DNA from: Dehalococcoidia bacterium
GTDB taxonomy: Bacteria > Chloroflexota > Dehalococcoidia > Lucifugimonadales > UBA3495
Reading direction: 5' to 3'
Length of the DNA: 64,000 nucleotides
Assembly: GCA_034423195.1 (NCBI GenBank)
Contig: DAOUIZ010000023.1
Location: forward strand, 92,028-156,027
Notes under the pieces: model-generated
What the model was told of the DNA's origin: nothing
Database searches by the model: none
Seen by the model: the letters and a program-made list of their open reading frames with translations, nothing else
Translations under genes and position numbers: made by a program
In this document: one piece after another, positions 19,025 to 27,900 of the stretch
Layout: each line of letters opens with the position of its first letter
Numbering within the stretch: the stretch's first letter is position 1

Positions 19025-20764
19025 TCAGGGGTTCCCGTCGACCTGGACGGTAACTATATCCACGCCGTGGAACTTCTGGTGACGCACGGCTGAAGCGCGG
19101 TGGCGCAACAGCCGGAGGGAGAGGTCGTCGACCGTCGGCAGGGCGGCTTCGTCGGTCAGGAAGGCCAACTGGTCCTCGATGTTTTCCCCGCGCGCCGTGG
19201 CGACGAACTCCAGTTCCGCCCTGGTGGGCTGCAGCCGGGCGGCTATGACCAACCGCGCCCTGCCCAGGTCCCGGGCATCATCCTCGTTCAGCAGCAGCGT
19301 GGCGAGGGTCTCTTCCCCGGCTGAGCGCAGACGCGACGTGGAAGCTTCATTCCACGACAGCCGGGATGCGAGTCCGGCGAGAAATTCATCAACCTCCGGC
19401 AGGGAAGCCATGTCCAGCGCAACTTCCAGGCGGGCGCGGCGCGTACTGAAGGCTTCGAACAGGAGGGTCAGCCCAATGGCGACAACGGCTCCGATGGTGA
19501 CGCCGCTGCCGAGGAGCGCCCCCAGGTCGTTTCCAAAGAGGTCGGCGGTGAGGGGGTGGCCGTGGAGGCCCAGGCCCAGGGCGCTGGCCAGGGCGACAAT
19601 CACTATCCGCCGGAGGTCGAGACCCTCCCGCATGATCGTCTGAAGACCGTTGACGAAGAGGACGCCCATGGCCAGGACCAGGTAGGCGCCCATCACCGGT
19701 CCGGGAATCGCCAGCAGGAGGGCGGTGAACTTGGAGAAGAAGGCCAGCGTTATGATGACGGCCGCCACGCCGACACCGACCCGGCGGGCAGCGACTCCGG
19801 TGAGATTGACCAGGGAAACACTGAGGGACGAAATCACCACCGTGGGCAAGGTGACGGTCAGGGCGGCAAGCAGCATTCCGATGCCGTTGACGCTGACCAT
19901 GCCCTGGACCTGTCGGAAGTCTATGGCCCTCGGCCTGCGCCGGGACCCCTGCTGAATTGCCACTCCATCGCTGATTGTCTTGAGGCTGAGCACCAGGGTT
20001 AGAATCGCAAAGGAGGGCAGCAGCGCCCAGAACTCCCTGCCCGGCGTGAGGTCGATGCTCAGGTCCGGCACGGCGGGAATGCCAAACCACCTGGCGACGA
20101 GAATCTGGTCCCCGTTGAGCAGACCGAACGGGGCGGCGGCGGCGCATCCGGCCAGGATGCTAACGAAGGGCGCGACCAGGCTCCAGCGTCCGCCGGCGCG
20201 CAGCATCATGATGACAGAAACCACCAGCGTCACCCCGCCGATGACCGGGCCGGCGGCGGCCGGGGCGGCGGCGGGAAGATCCCGCACGGTGTCGAAGGCA
20301 ATGGGCAGAACGCTCACGGCGATCAGCATCGTCACCGTGCCGGAGACGGTCGGCGTGATGATCCGCCGGAGGGTGGGCAGCCACCAGGCGAGGGCCACCT
20401 GAATGACACTGCAAACCACCAGCAGGCTGGCGAAGGTTGCCGGACCGGCCGCGGAGATTGCCGCCACCATGATGGCGATGAACATCGACCCGGGCCAGGA
20501 GAGGGCGATGTGGCCCGCTCCGAACCGCCCCAGTTGGGCCGACTGGGCCGCGGTGATTATCCCGGTGATGAGCATACCGGCGAAGACGCCCCACGCCACG
20601 AAAGTATCGTCCAGCCCCGAGGAGCGAATCGCGACGGCGACGTACAGCACGGTGGGGGCGACTATGAGCAGCGCGCCCTGAAATCCTACGACGAGAGCTA
20701 CCGAGGGAGGACAGGCCTCCTCGGGCTCAAAACGAATGGGCTGTTCCGAGTTGCCAGCAGACAA
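19025..20764 (-). CDS. NCS2 (xanthine/uracil permease) family transporter with extra C-terminal cytoplasmic domain
   Basis: 579 aa, polytopic. NCS2-like signature SLVNLTGVAARRVG. About 145 soluble C-terminal residues are not part of the canonical permease. Confidence 0.6.
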   Translation of the reverse strand: MSAGNSEQPIRFEPEEACPPSVALVVGFQGALLIVAPTVLYVAVAIRSSGLDDTFVAWGVFAGMLITGIITAAQSAQLGRFGAGHIALSWPGSMFIAIMVAAISAAGPATFASLLVVCSVIQVALAWWLPTLRRIITPTVSGTVTMLIAVSVLPIAFDTVRDLPAAAPAAAGPVIGGVTLVVSVIMMLRAGGRWSLVAPFVSILAGCAAAAPFGLLNGDQILVARWFGIPAVPDLSIDLTPGREFWALLPSFAILTLVLSLKTISDGVAIQQGSRRRPRAIDFRQVQGMVSVNGIGMLLAALTVTLPTVVISSLSVSLVNLTGVAARRVGVGVAAVIITLAFFSKFTALLLAIPGPVMGAYLVLAMGVLFVNGLQTIMREGLDLRRIVIVALASALGLGLHGHPLTADLFGNDLGALLGSGVTIGAVVAIGLTLLFEAFSTRRARLEVALDMASLPEVDEFLAGLASRLSWNEASTSRLRSAGEETLATLLLNEDDARDLGRARLVIAARLQPTRAELEFVATARGENIEDQLAFLTDEAALPTVDDLSLRLLRHRASAVRHQKFHGVDIVTVQVDGNP

Positions 20765-21230
20765 TAGCCAACCTTTATTCCAGGTTGCCCAGCAAAGAGG
20801 GCTTCCAGGAAAGCCCGCCGGGGCAGGCCGATAATTTATGCCCGCTATACTATAACGGCAAACCCGGGAAGGCTGACAGGAAGGGTTGCGTCGTTGGTGG
20901 TGCAGCTCAAGGCCAACGGGGGTGAGATTCCCGTTTTGCGACTCCGCCGCTGCCGCAAGGCAATTCGTCTCAGCGCCAGCGGTTGCCGCGCAGGGTTCGT
21001 GGCGGAATGACGGGAGAGTGTAATTGACGACATCCCCCGGGCAGACTGCTGTTAGTCTCCAGAGCGGAGTTGAGGCGTTTAGGGGTTAATGGGCTTAGCC
21101 GCGGGATGAGGTGGTGGAGGTGAGGGGAATACAACCACCAGACATACAAACATAAAAGACGTCCTACCGAGAACCTCTCTACAAGTTATCCCACATTTTG
21201 TACCACATTAATCAATCACAGGAACTGTAG

Positions 21231-22193
21231 TTAAATGCGGCTGCTCCGAGGCCTCCGGGGCGTTGCCGCAGAATACCCAACCGCATCGGACCAACTCCGC
21301 AAGGGAAAACTGGGATCACCTTCTTGCCCCGGCAACCATCCGTGTTCGACTGTCCGAGGGTCGAAGTAGTTGCGTCTAATCACCCATCCATCGAGGTAGG
21401 TCTGCAGCACGTCATGTCTCTTAGTCCGGTTGAATCTGCGCGCTGTCTGTTCCAAGGATTTTACGAAGTTCTCCTCTGCCTCTTCTGCCTCGCTCTTCTC
21501 GTCCTCGGGGTGTAGCCTTGGCAGGGGACTGGCCAGGGCGGCCCTCCTAAGTTCCTTCCTGAATCCCTCCAGCACCAACCAGTCCGGAACAGACCGCCGC
21601 TTCCACCGACGGTTAGGCCTGACGTACTGGTACGTCAGACGGCGACATCCCCGGATTGCAGAGACTCTGCCCTTCTTGACGGCATCTCGGGCACTGCTCT
21701 CGAGGTCTCCACGACCCACACAGGATCCGAGGACGTGGCCAGTCTTTTCATCCTTGACCACCCACCAAGTGCGGCCCCGTTCAAGGATGACTATATAAAC
21801 CCTCCAATCCGTCCCCTGGCCTAATTTCCCTTGTGTCGCCGACACCGCCGCTCGCGTGTAGTCATGTATCCACGACCGGACCGTCTGGGGAGTCATGGGT
21901 ATACCGGACATTAGCGACACGAAATCCGCCGTCCGCTTGAAAGACCATCCTTCGTAAAAGACTCCCAACGCACGGGCAATCATTTGTGGCGGAAAGGAAC
22001 GGCCGCTTGCTCGACCGGCGCGATGCTTCCTCCCACAACCCCGGCAGAGGAGGCGCTGGACTCCGCGGTCACGCCCGCACCGGACGACGTGACCCGAGCC
22101 ACAACTAGGGCAGGATGTTTTCGGCAGCACTTCACCTCTTTCAGGTGGGTCGATCCAGTGTGCCGGGATACCCGGCCCAACTCCAAGAATCAC
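21231..22193 (-). CDS. Zn-ribbon + HTH transposase-like protein (IS1/IS6/IS1595-like, catalytic triad not confirmed)
   Basis: Has CPSCGSGHVVRCG...CRGCGRKH zinc ribbon and an HTH-like segment (WSFKRTADFVSLMSGIPMTPQTVRSW). Also has W-x-V...G-x-x-WWVVKDEKTGHVLG and N-F-V-K-S-L-E segments resembling DDE transposase blocks. No terminal inverted repeats were seen. Confidence 0.4.
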   Translation of the reverse strand: MILGVGPGIPAHWIDPPERGEVLPKTSCPSCGSGHVVRCGRDRGVQRLLCRGCGRKHRAGRASGRSFPPQMIARALGVFYEGWSFKRTADFVSLMSGIPMTPQTVRSWIHDYTRAAVSATQGKLGQGTDWRVYIVILERGRTWWVVKDEKTGHVLGSCVGRGDLESSARDAVKKGRVSAIRGCRRLTYQYVRPNRRWKRRSVPDWLVLEGFRKELRRAALASPLPRLHPEDEKSEAEEAEENFVKSLEQTARRFNRTKRHDVLQTYLDGWVIRRNYFDPRTVEHGWLPGQEGDPSFPLRSWSDAVGYSAATPRRPRSSRI

Positions 22194-22448
22194 CGAAAAT
22201 ATAACCCGAAACTAGATGAATTGCAATTCCTGTTTGGACCCCTCAATGGGCCAGAAAAAGGTGGGTAGCGGGAGGCTTTCGGAAGACTTTCTTGCCATTT
22301 TGAGCACGAATTGGCCCGATTTTCATGCAAAACTCTGGCGCACTTTTTTCTCCCACACTGGACGTGTCGGGCCCCGGTGATGCCACGTTCCGTCTCCCCG
22401 GAAGCTCCGGGCCCGGACAAGACTAAACACCTTCGGAGGTGAATTGCT

Positions 22449-22661
22449 TTGAAGTACGACCGTTTGTTGCGGCTACCCGAAGTGATGCTCAGGGTCGGCC
22501 TTAGCAAAAGCACAATTTACTCGCTGATGGACCGAGGTGAGTTCCCAGCTCAAGTGCTTCTGGGGAGGAGAGCGGTTGGATGGTGGGAGAGCCAGATCGA
22601 AGAGTGGAAAGCTGCCCGTCCACTAGCGCGCCAATCTTCCCATAGGAAGGAACACCCGTAA
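22449..22661 (+). CDS. alpA: AlpA-family phage/island regulatory protein (excisionase-like HTH)
   Basis: 70 aa. LRLPEVMLRVGLSKSTIYSLMDRGEFP matches the AlpA/HTH_17 pattern. TTG start lies 7-9 nt after GGAGGTG. Confidence 0.8.
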   Translation: MKYDRLLRLPEVMLRVGLSKSTIYSLMDRGEFPAQVLLGRRAVGWWESQIEEWKAARPLARQSSHRKEHP

Positions 22662-22706
22662 TGGATCCCCTGAACGTGTTGCTAGAACTCGCGTGGAGCA
22701 GGAAAC

Positions 22707-25568
22707 ATGACGGGACCGACCTGTCTACGATGTCCCCTCTCTCGTCCCCGACGCAGGGAGCCGTTCCTGACGGCATTGGGAGCTGCTGTCAGAAGCCGCG
22801 GCCGCGGGGCGGGCAGGTTATCCCCGGAGCCTCTCGCGCCGAGATGTTCAGCAAGAACTATACGTGCATCCGACTGCCCGCGAGGGGAACTGGAACAGAG
22901 AAACAAGATCAATGTAGGGCGAATGAACTCGCCCAGCGGCTGGACCCCGCTGGACGAGAAGCCCCCGGGAGAGCGAGCACCCATGGGACACAGTGCAGAG
23001 TATAACAGCAAACAAAACACCGGCGATCAGACTGTAAACACGACGACCCAGGTGGAGAGTCAAGCCTCGGTTCAGGGTGAGCAAGCCCCGGAGGCCGAGG
23101 GTGACGAGATTCGGACGCAAGCCCCCGATTCGCCCGCCCACCCCTCCGACGACCCTGGCTGGGCCCCAAGGGTGACGCAAATGCCCTCGCGGGAAGACCT
23201 CGAGGGGCTCTACCGGACCGGCTGTCACTTCCTCCCCGTCTGGGGAAAGGACCAACCTGCTGCCTCCGGTTGGCAACGGTCCAGAGCAACTCCCGACGAA
23301 ATCCTGGCTCACCTCGCCCTAGGGCCTGATAGCCTGGGTCGCCACCCTCAGCTGGCGATGAAGCCCATGGGGTGCGAAATGGTCGTCGTGGACATCGACG
23401 CAAAGTCGGAATCCGAACTGGCCAGGCTGACCGCCGATACTGTCCGAGCGTGTGGCGACCTCGTCCTCGTCCTACCGAGCCGGAAGCCTTGGGGGAGGCA
23501 CCTCTACTACTACGCGGTCCCCGAGGAATGCCGATACTCGGAGCATGACGGTGGAGGCTATCCTAACGGCAAGCTTTTTGCGCACAAAGAGGGCGACGTC
23601 CGCGGCACCAGCGGCTACATCATCCTCTGGAACCCAGCGGACGGCGTCCCGAAGCTGAGGGAGGCCGTCCTAGCCCGGAGTCCGGAATCCCCGGTTCTCA
23701 CGCCGGCTACGCTGGATACGCTCCGGAACAGAAATCTCGGGGAGGCCTCCGGGCCTTCCAGTACCGGGGACAAAGGTCGGCGGGACGCCACCACCTACCG
23801 GGGCGGTCGCGGTCATAACGCCCGCGTCAAAACCGTGCGCGACGCCGTGGAGGGGTCCCGAAACGACACGCTTTACCAGATGCTTATCCGCGCCCATGCA
23901 GCTGGCGAGTCGGACATGACCGACTACGCTGAGGCCGCCCGGAGCACCGGGCTGGGCGAGGACGAGATCCGGACCACGCTGGACAGTGCCGCAAAGAGCC
24001 GCGCCGCGGCAGGGGCCACCGCAGCCGGCGATCCCGGGGGCGGGGAAGGGGCGGTCACGCTGGAATCGCTGACTCGTGCCTCTCGAGAAAACTCCACGGA
24101 AGCGGCAAGCGCCTTCCGGTTCTTGGTGGACCATTCCCACAGACTGGTGGTCGCATACGATCCTGATGACCGGGACCCCGCCGAGGTCTACGCCTACACC
24201 ACCCAGGGCACCCTTAGCGTTGGCCCCCTGGAGGGGATGCTGCTGGAGACCAGCCGCAATCACATGGCCCAGGTCAAGGCGCTACCGAAGAACGAGCCAG
24301 GGAGGCAGGAAATCGTCCGACATGCCCAGAAGAGCGATGATGCCCGCCGCTTGTCGGCGGTGATAACCAACATCCGCGGGGCCATAGACCTGCTCCGGAA
24401 GCTAGACCTGCTCCCCGAAAACCTGGTCATCAAGAGGCGCCGCGACATCAACTCGCACCTGCGGTACATGGGAGCCCCCAACGGTGTAATAGACCTGCAC
24501 GCCGGGAAGTTGTTGCCCGCGGACGAGGCCCGGGCGACGTTCACGGCGGCGCAGATCCCCGATGATTATGACCCGCAAGCCACCCATCCCGACGTGGATG
24601 TGATCATGCCGGAGGACCCTACGTCCCCTGAAATGGCGTGGTGGTACAAGGCCCGCGGGCGTATGTTTATCTGCCCGCCCACCAAGCAGTTCGTCGTCAT
24701 GCTCACACCTCCCCACTCTGGCAAGACCGTCTGGTCCAACTGCGACCAGGACGCTTTCGGCCCGTCCTACGTTAACATCATTCGGCCCCAGACCCTCCAG
24801 CGGAGCGATTTTTCCGGGCCGACCAGCTACAACGACGGGTTGGCGAAATTCGGGGGTGGGATGCGAGTCCTCTATCAACCGGAATGCAAGGGCGACCAGG
24901 ATCTCGGGCTGATCAACCTGGTAACCGGTGGTGACCGGGGTTTCCCGGTCCGCCGGATCAAGCAGGCAGAGGAGATGATGCTGTCGACTGCCCATCTGGT
25001 TCAACAGTCCAATCTACCGCGGGAAGGGGCTCCTGACCTTCGGTTTGGAATCACCAGCACCAGCGACGACGACGAGGTCCAGGCCTTCAAGGAGCGGATG
25101 CACCTGCTGCCGATGCCCGTCATCCCTGAGGACCAGCGCAATCCGGCCTACCTGGAGATTTCCGCCACCAACACGCCCGGGAGCAAGGCCTTCCGGCAGG
25201 CCTGGGTGGCCCGGACGGTCCGCCAGTGTGTAGCCATGGCCGACCTCCCCTGGCCGGAGCGGCTGGAGTCCCAGTCCCAGGCCATGGACGAACTGCGGCG
25301 CAGGGAGTCGGACCCCTGGGTGACCGAGTGGCTGGAAAACCTCCTCGTGAAAGACTCCGGAGCAGAGGTCAACTCCAGGGAGATCTACGAGTCCTATGAG
25401 CAGTGGCACGAGGATAACGGGGGTCAAAAGCAGACCAAGCGCACCGTCACCGCCGCGGTAACCAAACGATACGGACCGAGCCACGAATCCAAGAAGGTGC
25501 CTTCGTCAGGGGGGCGGCGCACTAACGCCGTGGTGTGGCACGGACTTCGGTTCCGGGGCGAGGACTGA
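22707..25568 (+). CDS. bifunctional primase-polymerase (PrimPol) / PriCT / D5-P4-type SF3 helicase replication protein
   Basis: Three regions support the call: a PrimPol-like N-domain (GCHFLPVWGK...MVVVDIDAK), a PriCT-like segment (SRNDTLYQMLIRAHAAG...IRTTLDSAAKS), and a P4/D5-type NTPase region with P-loop PPHSGKTV. The start is uncertain; the first ~150 aa are low complexity. Confidence 0.75.
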   Translation: MTGPTCLRCPLSRPRRREPFLTALGAAVRSRGRGAGRLSPEPLAPRCSARTIRASDCPRGELEQRNKINVGRMNSPSGWTPLDEKPPGERAPMGHSAEYNSKQNTGDQTVNTTTQVESQASVQGEQAPEAEGDEIRTQAPDSPAHPSDDPGWAPRVTQMPSREDLEGLYRTGCHFLPVWGKDQPAASGWQRSRATPDEILAHLALGPDSLGRHPQLAMKPMGCEMVVVDIDAKSESELARLTADTVRACGDLVLVLPSRKPWGRHLYYYAVPEECRYSEHDGGGYPNGKLFAHKEGDVRGTSGYIILWNPADGVPKLREAVLARSPESPVLTPATLDTLRNRNLGEASGPSSTGDKGRRDATTYRGGRGHNARVKTVRDAVEGSRNDTLYQMLIRAHAAGESDMTDYAEAARSTGLGEDEIRTTLDSAAKSRAAAGATAAGDPGGGEGAVTLESLTRASRENSTEAASAFRFLVDHSHRLVVAYDPDDRDPAEVYAYTTQGTLSVGPLEGMLLETSRNHMAQVKALPKNEPGRQEIVRHAQKSDDARRLSAVITNIRGAIDLLRKLDLLPENLVIKRRRDINSHLRYMGAPNGVIDLHAGKLLPADEARATFTAAQIPDDYDPQATHPDVDVIMPEDPTSPEMAWWYKARGRMFICPPTKQFVVMLTPPHSGKTVWSNCDQDAFGPSYVNIIRPQTLQRSDFSGPTSYNDGLAKFGGGMRVLYQPECKGDQDLGLINLVTGGDRGFPVRRIKQAEEMMLSTAHLVQQSNLPREGAPDLRFGITSTSDDDEVQAFKERMHLLPMPVIPEDQRNPAYLEISATNTPGSKAFRQAWVARTVRQCVAMADLPWPERLESQSQAMDELRRRESDPWVTEWLENLLVKDSGAEVNSREIYESYEQWHEDNGGQKQTKRTVTAAVTKRYGPSHESKKVPSSGGRRTNAVVWHGLRFRGED

Positions 25569-25590
25569 GGTGGCCGGTGGCAGGGAGGTC

Positions 25591-25794
25591 GTGTCCCTTT
25601 TGTCCCCTATGTCCTCTATTTGGCCCATGGTTTCGCTCGGCATGGGGGGCAGCCAGAGACGGGCGCCCCCCAGATGAGGCAGGTTGCCTCGTTCTCGCCG
25701 CGCGCAGGCGCGCGGGTAAAACTGTCGAAGATGCTCCCTACCCTTGGGCCGAAACGGTGCCGGATGAAGGGGACAAAGGGGACAAAAGGGACAC
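25591..25794. repeat. two inverted clusters of ~9-nt GGGGACAAA iteron-like repeats
   Basis: 25769..25794 ggggacaaaggggacaaaagggacac is the reverse complement of 25591..25616 gtgtcccttttgtcccctatgtcctc, with 2 mismatches in 26. Each arm is about 3 tandem copies. The arms are ~150 bp apart, just after the primase-helicase stop codon. Confidence 0.8.
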
Positions 25795-25897
25795 CCCGAC
25801 GAAAGAAACCAACCCCGGTACACCTTCCTGGGCACAGCAACGACCACGGGGTGTTACTGGGCAAGTTCAGTCAAGTTCAGTAAGGAGGAGGAAGACC

Positions 25898-27088
25898 ATG
25901 ACAGAAAACCGCCCCATGCAGATCGAGGGAATTGAGATCACGAACTACCGGCAGTTCCGGCACGTGGAGTTCACCAACCTGCCGCCGATGACGGTGCTAG
26001 TCGGGGCCAACGGCGCTGGAAAGTCCACCCTGCTTGATGTCTTCGCATTCTTGAAGGACGCGTTGTCCGAGAACGTGGCAGCGGCGGTGGCGAGGCGCGG
26101 CGGGTTCAGCGAGCTGGTCAGCCGGGACCAGCACGGGCCCATTCAGATCACCATCAAGTTTCGGAGGAGCGAGGGACGGGTTGTCACCTACCTCCTCCGG
26201 GTTGGACTGGAGAAGGGCAGGGCCGCAGTTCTCCGCGAGGTGTTGACCTACAGCCTCGGGCAGACCGCCCCGCCCTGGAGGATTGTGGACTTCACCAAGG
26301 GCGAGGGCCACGCCATCACCAACGAATCGGCCTACGGGCAACAAGGCGCGGTCGAGGAACGCCGGGACTATGCACTGGAAGACTCCAGCATCCTGGCCAT
26401 CAAGGGCTTGGGCCAGTTCCACGAGTTCCGCCTAGCCTCCGAGCTTCGCAGCCTCATCGAGCGGTGGCATATATCGAATCTCCAGGTACCTGACGTCCGG
26501 GGGAGCATCGACGACGGGTACGACGAGCACCTGTCGCCCCGGGGTGAAAACGCCGCCCTCGTGGCCCAGTACCTCCACCAGAGCTATCCGGATATCTTCG
26601 ACCAGGTGCTGAGGGCTATGAACAGCTTTGTCCCCGGCATAAGCGCCGTGGAGCCCACCCCCACCGGAGACGGCCGGCTGGCCTTGCGCTTCCGAGACCA
26701 GGCCTTCGAACGGCCCTTCGTGGGGCGGCACGTCTCCGATGGGACCGTCAGGATGTTCGCCTACCTGCTGCTGCTCCAAGACCCGAAGCCCCACCCACTG
26801 CTGGCGGTGCAAGAGCCCGAGAACCAGCTCTATCCACAGATACTATGGAACCTGGCCAAGGAGTTGCGGACCTACGCCAAGCGGGGCGGGCAGGTCTTCG
26901 TGACCACCCATTCGCCCGAGTTCCTAGACAACGTTGACGAGGACGAAGTCTTCTACATCGTGAAGGAGAACGGTTTCAGCACGTTCGTGCGGCCCAACGA
27001 CAGCGAACACCCCACGGAACTGGATAACGGGGGCGAGGCACCAGAAAGCTCTTGGCGTCAGGGAAGGTTCGACGAGATACTAAAATAG
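25898..27088 (+). CDS. ABC-type (AAA_15/AAA_21-like) ATPase, defence-island type, no partner gene present
   Basis: 396 aa. Walker A GANGAGKST, then LLAVQEPENQLYP (signature/Walker B region) and VTTHSPEF H-loop. ATG 25898 follows TAAGGAGGAGG; the upstream part of the listed ORF is noncoding repeat DNA. Confidence 0.8.
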   Translation: MTENRPMQIEGIEITNYRQFRHVEFTNLPPMTVLVGANGAGKSTLLDVFAFLKDALSENVAAAVARRGGFSELVSRDQHGPIQITIKFRRSEGRVVTYLLRVGLEKGRAAVLREVLTYSLGQTAPPWRIVDFTKGEGHAITNESAYGQQGAVEERRDYALEDSSILAIKGLGQFHEFRLASELRSLIERWHISNLQVPDVRGSIDDGYDEHLSPRGENAALVAQYLHQSYPDIFDQVLRAMNSFVPGISAVEPTPTGDGRLALRFRDQAFERPFVGRHVSDGTVRMFAYLLLLQDPKPHPLLAVQEPENQLYPQILWNLAKELRTYAKRGGQVFVTTHSPEFLDNVDEDEVFYIVKENGFSTFVRPNDSEHPTELDNGGEAPESSWRQGRFDEILK

Positions 27089-27149
27089 CGGCCCGAGTAA
27101 TTCTGCTCCAGCCTGAGGGCTGGAAGGCGGCACGGGTCGTAGCCCCGCC

Positions 27150-27900
27150 GATACGGTCATCTGCGGGTTTTTGAACCCCACCTGGCAGACCCACATCCAG
27201 GCCATCCTCACGGCCTGGGGCGAACGGGCAAAGATCTGTTCGTTCAATGCCCAGTTCTCCAATGGCCCGGGTGAACTGGGTGGGACCCACGGGCTGGGTG
27301 ATGTGCCGGTGCTTGCCGTTGAACTTGAACACGCCGTGGCGATCGCCGTAGATGTCGAGGGGGATGCCATAGCTGCGAATGACACCCTCCATCAGCAGGA
27401 AGTAGCCCCGGGTGTCCCCCTCGGGCCGGCCGAGAGCATTGACCACCGTGCCGGTGGCGTCGTCCACCGCCAGCCACAGGACAAACCGTGGCCCTCTGTC
27501 CTAGAGCCAGGGTGATGGCTGCCGTCAATCTGCGGGAGCATTCCCTCCTGGGGCATAAATTCCCCTCGCACCGTGTGCTTGCGGGGCCGATGGGCGCTGG
27601 CGCTGGTCAGTTCATGGTAGTTGAGTAGACGGGTTACCGTCTGGAGGCCCAGTTGAATTCCTTCCCGCTCTGCCAGGACCTCGGTCAGGTGGCTGTGGTT
27701 GAAGCCGGCGTGTTTCTCGCTGGCCGGGATGACCGCCGCGGCAGCGATCTCTTTGGGAACGGCGTTCCATGGCTTGCGGCCCCGGTTACCGTGGACCGGT
27801 GGGGGCGCTCCTTCCCTCCGGTAGGCCGCCAGAACTCGCCGGACCTGGTGTTCACCGACCCCAGAATCGCCGCGGCCTGAGCTCTGGGCGGTTGGCATCC
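27150..27900 (-). pseudogene. ISNCY-type DDE transposase remnant (frameshifted, both ends truncated)
   Basis: Homologous blocks are spread over three frames: VRRVLAAYRREGAPPPVHGNRGRKPWNAVP...AGFNHSHLTEVLAEREGI...MPQEGMLPQIDGSHH, then DDATGTVV...YGIPLDIYGDRHGVF, then IFARSPQA. Confidence 0.7.

Noticed and set aside
20765-21110. GC-rich, apparently structured 350-nt leader upstream of the NCS2 permease: riboswitch, RNase P, tmRNA or SRP RNA?
   Set aside because: I could not match purine, TPP (only an isolated CTGAGA), cobalamin or RNase P/tmRNA conserved cores by eye. A TTGCCG-N17-TAAATT promoter-like element (minus strand, 20833..20861) is the only feature. It would need a covariance-model (Rfam) scan.
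21112-21195. Complete tRNA gene on the minus strand
   Set aside because: Only the acceptor 3-prime strand, T-arm and CCA are tRNA-like. The presumed 5-prime acceptor strand pairs at 5 of 7 positions, and no anticodon or D arms could be folded. It is kept only as a possible att scar.
25591-25794. Possible CRISPR array or retron msr/msd
   Set aside because: There are only two arms of 9-nt units in inverted orientation, with no spacer-repeat periodicity and no cas or reverse-transcriptase gene nearby. It is interpreted as iterons instead.
25535-25897. Upstream extension of the ATPase ORF across the iteron region
   Set aside because: The translation is repeat-derived (CPFCPLCPL, KGTKGTKGT). A strong RBS and ATG at 25898 precede the conserved N-terminus (MTENRPMQIEGIEITNYRQF).
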